This document shows, piece after piece, positions 1-41,151 of a stretch of DNA of 41,151 bases. The number at the start of each line of letters is the position of its first letter. The stretch's first letter is position 1. The notes beneath the pieces are model-generated. The model ran no database searches. It saw nothing but the letters and a program-made list of their open reading frames with translations, and had not been told where the DNA came from. Location: contig NC_068987.1 in the NCBI RefSeq assembly GCF_001194135.2, positions 11,601,907-11,643,057 of the forward strand, written 5' to 3'. The position numbers and the translations under genes are program-made. Source of the DNA: Octopus bimaculoides. Taxonomy: Eukaryota.

Positions 1-53
<53 letters not shown>

Positions 54-381
54 TGTATGTATGTATATATATGCACATATACATGCACACATGGATATAT
101 TTACAGACATACACACATACTCTCACACACATACACACAGACACACACACAGACATACACATAAATATAAACCTACATACATATAAACATATTATATGTA
201 CACATATACGGACATATATTTACGCATATATGCACACACATATGTACTGACGTATGTACACACAAGCACATAAATATAAAAATTTACATTTATGCATATA
301 TATATATATATATGCATATATATATATATAGACACATACACATACACACTGACATCAACAAAGAAAGCTTTTTAGACTTAC

Positions 382-40426
<40,045 letters not shown>

Positions 40427-41024
40427 CTGAAACAAATATAGTAAGCACATTTCTAAACTGACAAAACTAAATCTGATGAAAGCCATTTTTGTTTTTTCTC
40501 TTTCGTAGATGTCAGTAGTTTAAAAAAGTTATACTACCAATAAATAGGGTAAAAATATGTCGCCAAAAAATATTACATCTCTCTCTCTCTGTCTCTGTGC
40601 AGAGGATTAACGACAAAAAGGAAAAAAATGGTCCATCGTATACGTTCTAAAGTGAAAAACATTAAATCTGTAATATTAAGAGAAAATTTGAAAAGAGAGT
40701 TGTACTTTTACCTTGTCATATAAATTGAAAATTCTGCTAACAAATAATAATGAAATAAAGTTCAAAAGTCAATGATATACTTATTGGTAAATTAAAGAAA
40801 TTTTTATGGTAACAAACTGTATAAATGAACTAGTAAACTGTATTGTATTGAAAGTCTATATATAACCAGCACCGACACGCACATACACATATTCACACAC
40901 ATGCACACACACACACACACACACACATTCACACACACGTACACATGCACACACAGCACACACATACACAATGTAAGTCTAATAATATCAAAACAGCTAA
41001 AATTGTGAAAACAAAGAATTGGTA

Positions 41025-41151
41025 TTCTTTTATTCTTTTATTTATTTCAGTCATTTGACTGTGGCCATGCTGGAGAACCGCCTTCAGTTGAACAAATCGA
41101 CCCTAGGACTTATTCTTTGTAAACCTATTACTTATTCTATTGGTCGCTTTT
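41025..41151 (-). mobile_element. SINE family A 3' end, continues beyond the window
   Basis: Reverse complement of the family A tail. Confidence 0.85.

Overview
This is AT-rich, microsatellite-dense and gap-rich eukaryotic genomic DNA; the repeat landscape suggests a cephalopod (Octopus-like), which is an inference. The window is an internal segment of one large minus-strand gene. I traced 25 GT-AG exons by hand (3,984 nt, about 1,328 codons) encoding MAM(partial)-MAM-MAM-MAM-MAM-MAM-LDLa-MAM-LDLa-MAM-LDLa-MAM(partial), a MALRD1/MAMDC4-type MAM and LDL-receptor class A protein. Start and stop lie outside the window. All junction phases chain correctly except one, where an exon is missing, probably in an N-gap. 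Introns are filled with several tRNA-derived SINE families, RTE-LINE 3' remnants, a decayed DD34D mariner, and Tc1/mariner, hAT and piggyBac-type MITEs, some nested. The two most unusual objects are (1) a tRNA-headed SINE-like element carrying a minimal Penelope-type hammerhead ribozyme fold (two copies) and (2) a complete 448-bp TRIM-like miniature LTR retroelement with a tRNA-Trp primer-binding site, a PPT and a 4-bp TSD. No prokaryotic features, CRISPR arrays or genuine tRNA/rRNA genes were found. Repeat boundaries without TSDs are approximate, and family letters A-F are my own labels.
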